Virus record (IMG/VR): IMGVR_UViG_3300025773_000001 | Length of the DNA: 64,000 nucleotides | Source of the DNA: an uncultured virus (IMG/VR IMGVR_UViG_3300025773_000001) | Taxonomy: Duplodnaviria > Heunggongvirae > Uroviricota > Caudoviricetes | Strand: one strand, 5' to 3' | Shown: positions 20,203 through 28,906 of the stretch, piece by piece | Position numbering within the stretch: the stretch's first letter is position 1 | Layout: every line of letters starts with the position of its first letter | The notes under the pieces: generated by a model | What the model was told of the DNA's origin: nothing | Database searches by the model: none | What the model saw: the letters and a program-made list of their open reading frames with translations, nothing else | Translations under genes and position numbers: made by a program

Positions 20203-23068
20203 CCTCGGTCCTCATGGTGATGTGCAATACGTTGACCCGCATGGACGGACCGTTCGTCTTGGCAAGCATATCTTTTTTGGTATGCTTTACCGTGTACTGC
20301 TTGCTGATCTGCGCCTTAAAGTCAGCGTAGCTAAAGCTCATGGCAATGCAATGTTGCTTAAGAAGCTGTTCCTCAATGTAGTACTCGACATTACCGTTGG
20401 CAATAATCTCATGCTCTACACGCCCACGAACCTTGGACCGGGTAAGCGACTTGTCGATGGTGTCTCCCGACCCCCATGCGGATAGCAGACGCCCTTCGTT
20501 TTTCTTGATAACGATAAAACTTCCGTAATTGTCGCCGGTATAGGAGCTGAGCACATCCTCCGCTGTCTTCACATTAGACGCAATCACATTCCTAGCTTTC
20601 TTCACTAAGTCGTGTAGCGCTTCGATGATGGCATCGACTGGCACATCCAGTATTCCTGCATACTTGTTGCCAAGAAGTATTGACGCGGCTACGACAGTCG
20701 TACAACCGGCATGCCAGTAGCGTTCATCGTCAGCAAAATTCATTGTCTGCATTAGTCTTGCGCCAACTTTCTGAACCATTTTCTCAGCTATATCTTGGTT
20801 TTTAACAAGCCAACGAATCCATGCTTCTCCGGCTACACCATAGTTGCGTTTAAGCTTTTTAAGAATGATACGATCTTCTGGCTCCCATGTCAGACGCTGA
20901 GTTGGGTTGTACTCAAGTACCCGAAATAGTTCTCCGTTAGAACTAAACTTCCTAGCCCCTGCCATATAGTCGGTCAGCACTTCATTGGAAGTCAAAGTAC
21001 AAGTTGCAACCCAGTTACTGTTGTTGACGCGTTCCTTGTTGGCGTTGGCCTCCATCCGCTCCTTACCTTGGGATTCAGCAAAATCAAAGATAAACGTCGG
21101 TGCCCACTCCATATCCTTACGCTGAGTTGATGTGATCTCGTCAATAAGTAGAGGTAAGCTTTTTAGTAAGCCTGCCCTTTGTTGCATTGCAACGGGAGAT
21201 GTACCTTTACCAGTCCGGTAGCGAATTGGGTGACCCCAGACCCCTGCTTTTGCGCTGAGCGTAAGTGACTTGCCTGTACCGGATGCGTTAGAACTAAGTG
21301 CCCAAGTAAAGCCTTCAAACTCTGTAAAACGCATGAGCGGACAACCAAACGAATCCAAAGCCACCGCTAAAAGCGTATTCATCTTGCGCTTAATAAAGAG
21401 ATTCCAAACTTCGCGCCACTCATCTAAGTTACCCTTGTTGTTTGTATTGCGATTAATATTCTCAAGCCCCGGCATAGGGATCGTAGTCTCCCGTCCGTCT
21501 TTAGTGAAAACTCTATAGTTGTACACAAAAGAATTGTCATCCTGCCAACCACATTGAAGTGGCACCTCAATCGGCTTTTTATTTACCGATGCTTGATTGA
21601 CACACGCTCGGACATAGTCAAACAAGTTCTTATCATTACCCGCGCCGTATGAAGCTAGAATGTTATGCGTGGCTAAGTTTTTTAAAGTTTCATCTTTACT
21701 AACGGCGGCTTTTTGTGGGAATGTAAGGGTTTTAACTCCTTCAGAACGAACCGCCGCCATGTGCACCATGTGTTCATTCTCAAGTTTAAGCAAGTCAACT
21801 ACAAATAAATCATAGGGTACAAGCTCGATATGGCGAATACGCTTCTTCCCTTCTGCATCTGCCTCTTCTCGTTCACAGTAGATTCCACCGTTATCCCCAT
21901 AGCTGTATCCGCGTGGTGGCTCTGGACGCACCACAGTTGGACTATGGTCTTCATCTGCTTCATCTGGTGCGCTTTCCTCTAGGTCAGCGCCGTATTCCTT
22001 TTCTTCGTCAAACTCCTCCACAGGTTTAAGCGAAATTACTTTTGCCGTGTTGTCAGTAGCTAAAGTTCTCCCTAATATTAACGGGTTTGTAATCTTTCCA
22101 AAGTGCGGGCATGTGCCGCATACGCCAGGATTCTCGCTGTCCATCTTCACGCAAGCATACGGACCTTTTATCTCTGCCAATTTTTGGCGCATACGGTCTT
22201 CGTTATATGGGTGCATGGCGCTCAGCTTTAGTGCGTGCTCATCCCCATCCGTGCACACTTTTGTCCATGAAAGTATGCCTCTCCAAATTGGCTCCATGCC
22301 ATCATCTGCCGCGTTCTTAATGTAATGCTCAACCTGTTTGCATCGTTCTATGATGGGCGCAAAAAGACTCTTAGAGTTTTCTATCAGTTTGACCGAAGAC
22401 GGAGTCTTACGCTCAGGACGTTTGCCGGGCAGTGCTACTTCTGGTGCTTTAAATTCTTCTTTGATATGCCGCTCAATCCAAGTTTTAAAGTCATCAAAAG
22501 ATAACGTGTCGCCAGAATTGAGTAACCTAACAGGGCGTGGTGTGCCATACTTTTTCTTAAAATTGGTTGTGCCCGGTACACGCAATATGCGTGCCGCGTC
22601 AGCCGTAACCGTCATGTCGATTTTTAGATCCTCTTGTTTGCAAAGACGTTTGAAGTTCTCAGCAACAGGTTTCCAAACAGTAACAGGAATAGCCTCGGTC
22701 AGCGCCCAGTAAACATGAAGTCCGCCACCAGATCCAACAATGTAAGGTCGCCCCAACTTGTCCATGCTAGTTTTTGCCATGAAAGCGGCAAGCGCAAAGC
22801 CCGCATCCTTCTTGGTTGTATAGCCATCCATGTCAATAAAGAAAGCTTTAATGTTTTGCGCCGCCTCAGCTTTGCGCTCTAGCTTATCGAATGTTGATAA
22901 GGCAAAGTACACATCAGAGTTATCAGCGTGCCACTTGTCTATGTCAGGTAGAAGTTCGTCAATCGTGTTAGCGAAAACGTGTTCATTCCTCTTTGTTAAT
23001 TCTACGGCGCAGTACAACCCATTACCCGAAGACGGTAGTACAGCCGCGAGAAAGTCTTGCGGAGTCAT
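20162..23068 (-). CDS. primase-helicase (AEP/RepB-like primase, Cys cluster, DUF927-like region, AAA+ helicase)
   Basis: FFIDMD, SGGGLHVYW, RILRVPGT, C...CGTCPH, Walker A SGTGKS, Walker B LLIDE. Confidence 0.85.
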   Translation of the reverse strand: MTPQDFLAAVLPSSGNGLYCAVELTKRNEHVFANTIDELLPDIDKWHADNSDVYFALSTFDKLERKAEAAQNIKAFFIDMDGYTTKKDAGFALAAFMAKTSMDKLGRPYIVGSGGGLHVYWALTEAIPVTVWKPVAENFKRLCKQEDLKIDMTVTADAARILRVPGTTNFKKKYGTPRPVRLLNSGDTLSFDDFKTWIERHIKEEFKAPEVALPGKRPERKTPSSVKLIENSKSLFAPIIERCKQVEHYIKNAADDGMEPIWRGILSWTKVCTDGDEHALKLSAMHPYNEDRMRQKLAEIKGPYACVKMDSENPGVCGTCPHFGKITNPLILGRTLATDNTAKVISLKPVEEFDEEKEYGADLEESAPDEADEDHSPTVVRPEPPRGYSYGDNGGIYCEREEADAEGKKRIRHIELVPYDLFVVDLLKLENEHMVHMAAVRSEGVKTLTFPQKAAVSKDETLKNLATHNILASYGAGNDKNLFDYVRACVNQASVNKKPIEVPLQCGWQDDNSFVYNYRVFTKDGRETTIPMPGLENINRNTNNKGNLDEWREVWNLFIKRKMNTLLAVALDSFGCPLMRFTEFEGFTWALSSNASGTGKSLTLSAKAGVWGHPIRYRTGKGTSPVAMQQRAGLLKSLPLLIDEITSTQRKDMEWAPTFIFDFAESQGKERMEANANKERVNNSNWVATCTLTSNEVLTDYMAGARKFSSNGELFRVLEYNPTQRLTWEPEDRIILKKLKRNYGVAGEAWIRWLVKNQDIAEKMVQKVGARLMQTMNFADDERYWHAGCTTVVAASILLGNKYAGILDVPVDAIIEALHDLVKKARNVIASNVKTAEDVLSSYTGDNYGSFIVIKKNEGRLLSAWGSGDTIDKSLTRSKVRGRVEHEIIANGNVEYYIEEQLLKQHCIAMSFSYADFKAQISKQYTVKHTKKDMLAKTNGPSMRVNVLHITMRTEDVEELQLGELKAG

Positions 23069-23081
23069 GCGTGTCCTTGGA

Positions 23082-23282
23082 TTATTGGGGAAACAGTTCG
23101 AGTTGTTTTGGATCTTTAGGCGGGAACTCGTCGGGCGGGTTGAGCGCAGAGAAACGTCTTAGCAATTCAATCTGAATACTTTGGGGTAGATCTGTGTGTG
23201 CTCCAAGGACATCTGCGGCGTAGCGGATGAGTTCGGAGTTCGTCAGATTTCTAGGCGGAATGACTTGCATGCTTTTCTCCAT
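23082..23282 (-). CDS. small hypothetical protein
   Basis: Ends in QLELF, which resembles a clamp-binding motif; true start may be about 23270. Confidence 0.6.
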   Translation of the reverse strand: MEKSMQVIPPRNLTNSELIRYAADVLGAHTDLPQSIQIELLRRFSALNPPDEFPPKDPKQLELFPQ

Positions 23283-23521
23283 GCCTCTTCTTTTGTGGGA
23301 GAGGTCTGTAAAATTTTTAAGAGGGACTCAACGCGGGGACGGTAGGCAATAAAGACCTCGCCTCCTGCGAACCAGTTGTAGACAGATTGGCGTGTCGCCC
23401 CTGTCGCTTTGGCTACTTTGGTCACGGGGAATTCAAGATGAAGCGCCCATCGTCCTAGCTGATTGCCAAGAGTCTTAGGCGCCTTCTTTACGGTTTCAAT
23501 TACTTGCGGTGAATATGCCAT
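23243..23521 (-). CDS. HTH DNA-binding protein
   Basis: VTKVAKATGATRQSVYNWFAG helix-turn-helix. Confidence 0.8.
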   Translation of the reverse strand: MAYSPQVIETVKKAPKTLGNQLGRWALHLEFPVTKVAKATGATRQSVYNWFAGGEVFIAYRPRVESLLKILQTSPTKEEAWRKACKSFRLEI

Positions 23522-23532
23522 GATGTTCCTTA

Positions 23533-23552
23533 AAGGGGGCGCATGCCCCCTT
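23533..23552 (-). terminator. hairpin, possible intrinsic terminator
   Basis: AAGGGGGC-GCAT-GCCCCCTT, 8-bp stem between genes; short U tract. Confidence 0.5.
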
Positions 23553-23558
23553 ATTTAA

Positions 23559-24518
23559 TTAATCGTCCCAATCGTCAATAGCAGAAGCTAAGCTTGCCTT
23601 GGCAGGAGCTGCGGGCGCTTTCTTTTCTTGCTTGACAACAACTGGTTCGTCAACATCATCTTCGGCAGGAGCTTCTACCTTAGCCTTGGCTTTCGCCTTC
23701 TTGGGTGGTGGAGGTGGTGCCTCATCCTCGTCTTCCTCAATGCTTGGCTCAGGTGTAGCAACCTTAGTTGGCTTCTTGCCGTCGATAGCAATAGGAGCCG
23801 CAACCTTGTCTGTCTTGGGAACAGAGAATGTAATCGCCGCAAGTGCGTCAGGTGTTTTGCCTTGTCTAGCGGCGGCGTCATATTCCTCTTGCTCTAACCA
23901 ACGCATTGCCTTAAAGAACAACTTGGGAGACTCAGCAGATGTATCGAACTTCATACGAGTCACGACCATCTCAGGGTCAACGCTTTGAGCCGCTAACCAA
24001 CGAGCGTATGCTTTCAAAGGCATCTCGTTCTTCTCGCCGTCACCAAAGATAGATGCGCCGGGAATAGCAACTTGCAGTACGTCGCCTTCGATGTCGTTGG
24101 CAAGAACCACAGCAATACGGTGTTGGAAACGGCAAGCCTTAGAATCACCTTGACCAGACCCGGTCACGTTCTTGGGACACTCCATGCAACGATCCGCTTG
24201 GCGATCTTTAGAATCAGGGCTTGGTGTCTCGCCATCGGCAGACCAACAATCAGCACGTTGTGCCTCGCCGTCGTACGGTTTTGCGTACCATACACGACTT
24301 GTCTTGGGCGCCGCATTAACGAACACCACATCAAGGTAGCGCTCCTCAATGTTGGCAATCTCTTTACCGCTAGACATCAAACGGAACACGCCACCCTTGA
24401 TAGAGATACGTTTACCGAAATCATCACCTCCAAGCGCCTGTGCAAGCGCTGACTTACCTTCGCGTTTTGCGGCAAACGCTGGGACTTTAGCCCCATCAAA
24501 CAGAGCAATATTACTCAT
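23559..24518 (-). CDS. probable single-stranded DNA-binding/annealing protein
   Basis: RISIKGGVF, CWS.DG, C..CP.N..GSG...KAC motifs; acidic tail ending DDWDD. Confidence 0.65.
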   Translation of the reverse strand: MSNIALFDGAKVPAFAAKREGKSALAQALGGDDFGKRISIKGGVFRLMSSGKEIANIEERYLDVVFVNAAPKTSRVWYAKPYDGEAQRADCWSADGETPSPDSKDRQADRCMECPKNVTGSGQGDSKACRFQHRIAVVLANDIEGDVLQVAIPGASIFGDGEKNEMPLKAYARWLAAQSVDPEMVVTRMKFDTSAESPKLFFKAMRWLEQEEYDAAARQGKTPDALAAITFSVPKTDKVAAPIAIDGKKPTKVATPEPSIEEDEDEAPPPPPKKAKAKAKVEAPAEDDVDEPVVVKQEKKAPAAPAKASLASAIDDWDD

Positions 24519-24527
24519 GTCTTCTCC

Positions 24528-24944
24528 TTATGTTGGTTTACGAACTGAAATGGCATACTCACTGTGTGAGTTTAAGCCGGGGGGTAATAGCTTGGGATTC
24601 TCTTCAAGAAACTTTGCCATGTTAGTTTGGGCAATGCGTTTCTCAAAAAGATCGAGCGCATCATGTTCTTTTACGAACTCTTTGAATGCGTCCCAATCTG
24701 ATGCGTTGTAGCGTGTCTTGGTAGACAGCGATACTGTGCCTTGATCAGTCTTTACAGACTTAACTCCGAGTACAAGCATTTGATCTTTGAGTGCGTTCTT
24801 AACAAGTTCTTGTTGCGCTTTGATGCCCTCAACTTCGTTCTCGTATGCGGTCGTCAACTCTTGAATCTTAGCTTGCATCTTTCGATACACTTTAGCCAAC
24901 TTGTCCATTGGGACAGCCGACAGATCTTCCTGCGAATCGCTCAT
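24528..24944 (-). CDS. conserved replication-module protein (coiled coil plus DW..F..F domain)
   Basis: Start moved to MSDSQ at 24944 (AGGAG SD). Confidence 0.7.
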   Translation of the reverse strand: MSDSQEDLSAVPMDKLAKVYRKMQAKIQELTTAYENEVEGIKAQQELVKNALKDQMLVLGVKSVKTDQGTVSLSTKTRYNASDWDAFKEFVKEHDALDLFEKRIAQTNMAKFLEENPKLLPPGLNSHSEYAISVRKPT

Positions 24945-25011
24945 TTTACTTCTCCTTTTTTGTCTAATGTTTAACAATGATACACGAAAAAAACTGCTTT
25001 GTAACCTCCTT

Positions 25012-26574
25012 TTAAATATTTTTTACTTCGCTATCAAATAGACCTACAAGCAACGAGTGGTCGTTAACTTTGGTATTCATAGCGGTGAATAGTTTTTTCT
25101 CGATAGGGCTTGACTCTATATGAACCACGGTGACCTTGTCTGAGTCTTGGCCTTTACGGTCTGCGCGGGCGATACATTGTGTATACATTTCAACAGACAT
25201 TAGCGGGCCAAAAAACACTACGGTGTCTGCGGCTGTCAGGGTAATCCCGTGTGCCGTAGCTTGTGGTTGCATGACAAGAACTTTGACTGCATCGGTTGTC
25301 TGAAAATCTTTAATGATTGTGCCACGCTTACCGGCTGAGACGTCACCATGAATAGTGTCCACGCCGTAACCGGCTTTGCGTAGATGCGTCACGATAGCGT
25401 CTATGCTTGATCTAAAGAGTGCGAAGATAATGACCTTGCGATCTGTCTCTTCTAGGATCTCCTCAAGCACGTTAAGCCTTGGCTTAGCATCGAACTCGAC
25501 AACTTCTTTCTCATCGGTATACGCCGCACCACAAGAGATCTGTAGTAGCTTGTTGACTGCAACCCCTGCGTTGACTGCGCTGATAACTTCCCCTGCCGCT
25601 TTGACCATGAGTTGCTCTTTGAGCATTTTGTAGTATTTGTTTTGTTGCGGAGTCATTGGGACTTCACGCGTAACGGTAACAACTGGCGGTAGATCTAAAC
25701 ATTGCTTCTTGGTAAAACGTATTGCCGGTTGAAGCGCTTCAAAGACCATATCCTTAGCATTCGACTTTGGCGCCCACTTAAACATCGTGAGCTTGTTCAT
25801 CACCTTATCACGCCAAGCCGTTTGAAACTTAGGCACATTGTTTGGATTAACAAGTTTAGCTAAGCCGTACGCATCTACGGGAGATTGCGACGCCGGTGTT
25901 CCTGTCATCATCCACAAGTATGTTTCAGGTTTCAGAATAGATGCAAGCGCTTTCCATCTGCGAGTCGATGGGTTCTTGTATGCGTTAGCTTCGTCCACGA
26001 TAATTAAATCAAAGCGTCCATCGTTGCGCACCTCTTGTGCAATCAACTCCAAGCCTTCGTAGTTGGTAATGACGATCTCGTAGTCTTGCTGAATCATCTC
26101 AATACGACGTGTTGCTTTCGCGTGGTGGGCTACGATAGCCGACCGATGTATCACGCTGTTGCTAATGTCCTGCATCCACGCTGACTGCATGATCGACAAG
26201 GGACTGAGCACCAAGACTCTACGCACCTCACCTTTTTGCATAAGGTAATCCGCCGCCCACAAAGCGGAGAGTGTCTTGCCTGTACCGGGTTCGTTGAAAC
26301 AAAATGCACGTCTGTTGAGCGTAAAGAAAGCGGCTGTCTCGATCTGATGCGCCATAGGTCTGAAGCGACCGGGATAGTTGTAGCGTTTGGTAATAGGTGA
26401 GGGTACATTTTTTACGCCAAGGTTCTTGAGCACGCGTGTCTCATCAAGTCCCCAGTAAACCGCCACGCTATAGACGCCATCTTCTTCGCTAACGACTTTG
26501 TGTTTTGGAATGATGCTGTACTTGTCAGGCGTGCGTGTCCTGAACAAGAGCGCTTTGTTATCAATTATCTCCAT
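25012..26574 (-). CDS. SNF2-family (SF2) helicase
   Basis: EPGTGKT, IIVDEA, MTGTP, HGITLTAA and Q..ARADRKGQ motifs. Confidence 0.9.
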   Translation of the reverse strand: MEIIDNKALLFRTRTPDKYSIIPKHKVVSEEDGVYSVAVYWGLDETRVLKNLGVKNVPSPITKRYNYPGRFRPMAHQIETAAFFTLNRRAFCFNEPGTGKTLSALWAADYLMQKGEVRRVLVLSPLSIMQSAWMQDISNSVIHRSAIVAHHAKATRRIEMIQQDYEIVITNYEGLELIAQEVRNDGRFDLIIVDEANAYKNPSTRRWKALASILKPETYLWMMTGTPASQSPVDAYGLAKLVNPNNVPKFQTAWRDKVMNKLTMFKWAPKSNAKDMVFEALQPAIRFTKKQCLDLPPVVTVTREVPMTPQQNKYYKMLKEQLMVKAAGEVISAVNAGVAVNKLLQISCGAAYTDEKEVVEFDAKPRLNVLEEILEETDRKVIIFALFRSSIDAIVTHLRKAGYGVDTIHGDVSAGKRGTIIKDFQTTDAVKVLVMQPQATAHGITLTAADTVVFFGPLMSVEMYTQCIARADRKGQDSDKVTVVHIESSPIEKKLFTAMNTKVNDHSLLVGLFDSEVKNI

Positions 26575-26896
26575 ACTCTGCCTTTAACTTATACACTTCT
26601 ACACGCCCTACTCTATCGGGAAGATTCATTACTTCATAGATAAGTTCGTCTGCATTCAAAAGCTTTTGCACAATTGACCACAATGGATCATCAAAATCTA
26701 ATTTTTCTAAAATTTCTATTTCAACAGGTCCATCTCCCACACGCACAATGTACAAGTCACGACAAGCTTTTACAGACAACTTTATGATGTCATTAGATAC
26801 GGTCTTGGGAGGGTTAACGTTGATATTCGCACTATCAAATATGCCCCTTGGGTCGCTCCAACCAAAAGAATAGCGCTCAGTTGTTTTGAATTTCAT
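26561..26896 (-). CDS. small protein with MCP C-terminus-like N-terminal peptide and wHTH-like domain
   Basis: ERYSFGWSDPRGIF versus MCP ERYSFGWSDPLGIF. Confidence 0.8.
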   Translation of the reverse strand: MKFKTTERYSFGWSDPRGIFDSANINVNPPKTVSNDIIKLSVKACRDLYIVRVGDGPVEIEILEKLDFDDPLWSIVQKLLNADELIYEVMNLPDRVGRVEVYKLKAEYGDN

Positions 26897-27225
26897 CTGA
26901 ACTTCTTTGCAATGTAGTACATGTAAGTATTGTGGTTAAACTTCAAGATGCCTTCATCTCTTAACACACGACCAACATCTCGCATATCTTCGGATATAGA
27001 TTCAACGTCTTTTAACTCTGCAAAACCGGTAGGAAAAATCGACATCCAAAGTCCCAACAACGTATCCACAGAAACATTTATAAACGCCTTGTTCTTAACA
27101 TCACTGTGTTTTTTGTTCTTGAATGTGTCCATATCAATCGGTTTCCACTTAGCATACTCATCACCAAACAGCTTATTTAATCCCGGCAGTAACTCTTTGA
27201 CTATTTGTTGTCTACTGATTGCCAT
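26893..27225 (-). CDS. small protein with MCP N-terminus-like peptide and wHTH-like domain
   Basis: 20/25 identity to MCP residues 1-25. Confidence 0.85.
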   Translation of the reverse strand: MAISRQQIVKELLPGLNKLFGDEYAKWKPIDMDTFKNKKHSDVKNKAFINVSVDTLLGLWMSIFPTGFAELKDVESISEDMRDVGRVLRDEGILKFNHNTYMYYIAKKFR

Positions 27226-27608
27226 TACGCATTTTCCTTAAGGCGATACCAACCGTCATCAGCTTCTTCCATTAAATCATTTCTTCTTAAGCGCCAATAC
27301 GCATCTTGAAAAAATTGTGCGGACTCTTGAACGATGGGTAAAAGATCTTTTTGAATCCACTGATCTCCATACTTAGCTTGCCAAATAGTAACGAGTTGAG
27401 ACAAAGGCATCACGTACGCTTCTCGTTTATTAGGATCAAAACTAAACTGTTGCTGTAATATTCCGCTTGCTATTGTGTCTTGAGTTTGCCTCATAGACTT
27501 CGCTAGTTTTGTTGCGTAGTCCTGCGCAATCGTGGGATTGTCTTCGAATAGATTGTTGTATATTTTTGCTTGCGTCGAGTTCATTGTTACTGTTTTTATT
27601 TTTGCCAT
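27225..27608 (-). CDS. small protein with MCP helix-like segment and wHTH-like domain
   Basis: YATKLAKSMRQT..ASGIL versus MCP YTKALARAMAYT..AASVL; WQAKYGDQW shared with the upstream paralog. Confidence 0.75.
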   Translation of the reverse strand: MAKIKTVTMNSTQAKIYNNLFEDNPTIAQDYATKLAKSMRQTQDTIASGILQQQFSFDPNKREAYVMPLSQLVTIWQAKYGDQWIQKDLLPIVQESAQFFQDAYWRLRRNDLMEEADDGWYRLKENA

Positions 27609-27624
27609 TTACTTCTCCTTTGTT

Positions 27625-27945
27625 TTAATCTGGTTTCCTACATACAAACTTCGAGCGGTCTGTTAAGTAGTGTTGTTCTAGTTCGCTTACTGCTTTAAGT
27701 CTTGCGTAAACATATTTGTAATAACTGTCATGCTTAACTTCAAAAACATCTACCCATTCGTTGCCGTATTTAGCTAACCACAAGTTAATCACATCATCTA
27801 TCTTCATTTCAAATAGTGAACCCGCAAGCTCATGTTCTTGTAGACAACTTGCGGTTTCATTTATCTGATACGGATGTATAGATACGTCACTTGCAAAAGT
27901 ATAAACGGGCGTTACATTGTTAACTGTCGTACCTATTTTTATCAC
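27625..27945 (-). CDS. small protein, paralog of 27225-27608
   Basis: LWLAKYGNEWVD...YARL matches IWQAKYGDQWIQ...YWRL. Confidence 0.75.
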   Translation of the reverse strand: MIKIGTTVNNVTPVYTFASDVSIHPYQINETASCLQEHELAGSLFEMKIDDVINLWLAKYGNEWVDVFEVKHDSYYKYVYARLKAVSELEQHYLTDRSKFVCRKPD

Positions 27946-28181
27946 TTGTTGTCACCTTGATTGTTACTCCTTGAACGCAGTCTTAAGTTACCCTTGGTTG
28001 ACTTACCGCCTTTGCGTAGTGGTTTAACGTGATCAATGTCTTTGCCTGTTCTGTCGATGCCTTCCTTGTCGTACATCCTGCGTGCACGTTGGCGCTCATG
28101 TTGGTCAGAACCCGGCCCGGACTTGCCGGTTTCCAAATCACGTTTGTATTCTTTTTTGTAATCACGTTTGCGTGTAACCAT
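27942..28181 (-). CDS. HNH endonuclease-like small protein
   Basis: DIDHVKPLRKGG...NLR...N; start after an AAAGGA SD. Confidence 0.8.
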   Translation of the reverse strand: MVTRKRDYKKEYKRDLETGKSGPGSDQHERQRARRMYDKEGIDRTGKDIDHVKPLRKGGKSTKGNLRLRSRSNNQGDNK

Positions 28182-28202
28182 TTTGTTTCCTTTCAACGGG
28201 TG

Positions 28203-28892
28203 TCAATCTTTTCGTTTAGTATTAAATTCACATGTCTTGACCGGGCACCATCCACAAAGCGGGGTCTGTGTGGGGTTCCATACATCTGCGGTTACGCAGT
28301 CAAGCAACTTGCGGTAGCGCTCACGAAACTCCCACCACTTCGCACCTGATTCCTCATGCGTCATAGACATCTTAACCATATCATCTTTCAACACAAACAT
28401 CAAGGCGGCGTTTACTTTCCTGATGTGCGGATGTAGCTTAAACACCATGCACGCCATAAGCGCCAACTGATCCCTATCGGGGTACTTGTTGTTGCCAGTC
28501 TTCCAGTCAACTACCCATGCGGTTAGATCTTCATCGTCAATGATTAGCATGTCCGCAATCCCTCTTACCCAAACACGTTTATCAAACCAATCACAAGGTT
28601 CAAGGTTAGCGGTGAGCGCCATCTTAGTCTCGGCTGACACGCGTCCTTTCTTAGCCTTTAGCTTGTCCACAATGGGGCGCATGAACGCAAACCTCTCGTC
28701 CAAATCCGCTGAGCCTTTGATGTAGTTCTCCACCGCTTTGTGCAGTAGGTTTCCATACTTCATTTCCTCGGACTCTACGAACGGATACTTCTTCAGTATC
28801 TTAGTTTCATGGTAGCGCCTTGCGCATCCTTCAAAGTCTTTGAGGGCGGAGTGTGACCAAGCGATTGGTTTGACGTTAGGGTTCGAGTGCAT
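28203..28892 (-). CDS. PD-(D/E)XK exonuclease (Cas4/RecB-like)
   Basis: WSHS...C, G..LH, RGIAD, VDWKTG, QL.L and C.WCP...C motifs. Confidence 0.85.
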   Translation of the reverse strand: MHSNPNVKPIAWSHSALKDFEGCARRYHETKILKKYPFVESEEMKYGNLLHKAVENYIKGSADLDERFAFMRPIVDKLKAKKGRVSAETKMALTANLEPCDWFDKRVWVRGIADMLIIDDEDLTAWVVDWKTGNNKYPDRDQLALMACMVFKLHPHIRKVNAALMFVLKDDMVKMSMTHEESGAKWWEFRERYRKLLDCVTADVWNPTQTPLCGWCPVKTCEFNTKRKD

Positions 28893-28906
28893 AGTTTTCC
28901 TAGTTG

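Noticed and set aside
26561..27608. MCP-like segments as remnants of a second, decayed capsid gene
   Set aside because: The segments are out of MCP order (middle, N-terminal, C-terminal). Each sits in an intact ORF with a coupled start and a shared non-capsid domain, and the differences are mostly synonymous.
27840..27945. MCP mimic in the N-terminus of the fourth paralog (IHP, INET versus AHP, LNET)
   Set aside because: Only 2-3 residue matches with inconsistent spacing.
28000..28030. LRKGG in the HNH protein as a virion xxGG motif
   Set aside because: It is part of the ordinary HNH signature DH..PL..GG.
28203..28892. Cas4 as evidence of a CRISPR system
   Set aside because: Stand-alone Cas4-like nucleases are common in phage replication modules.
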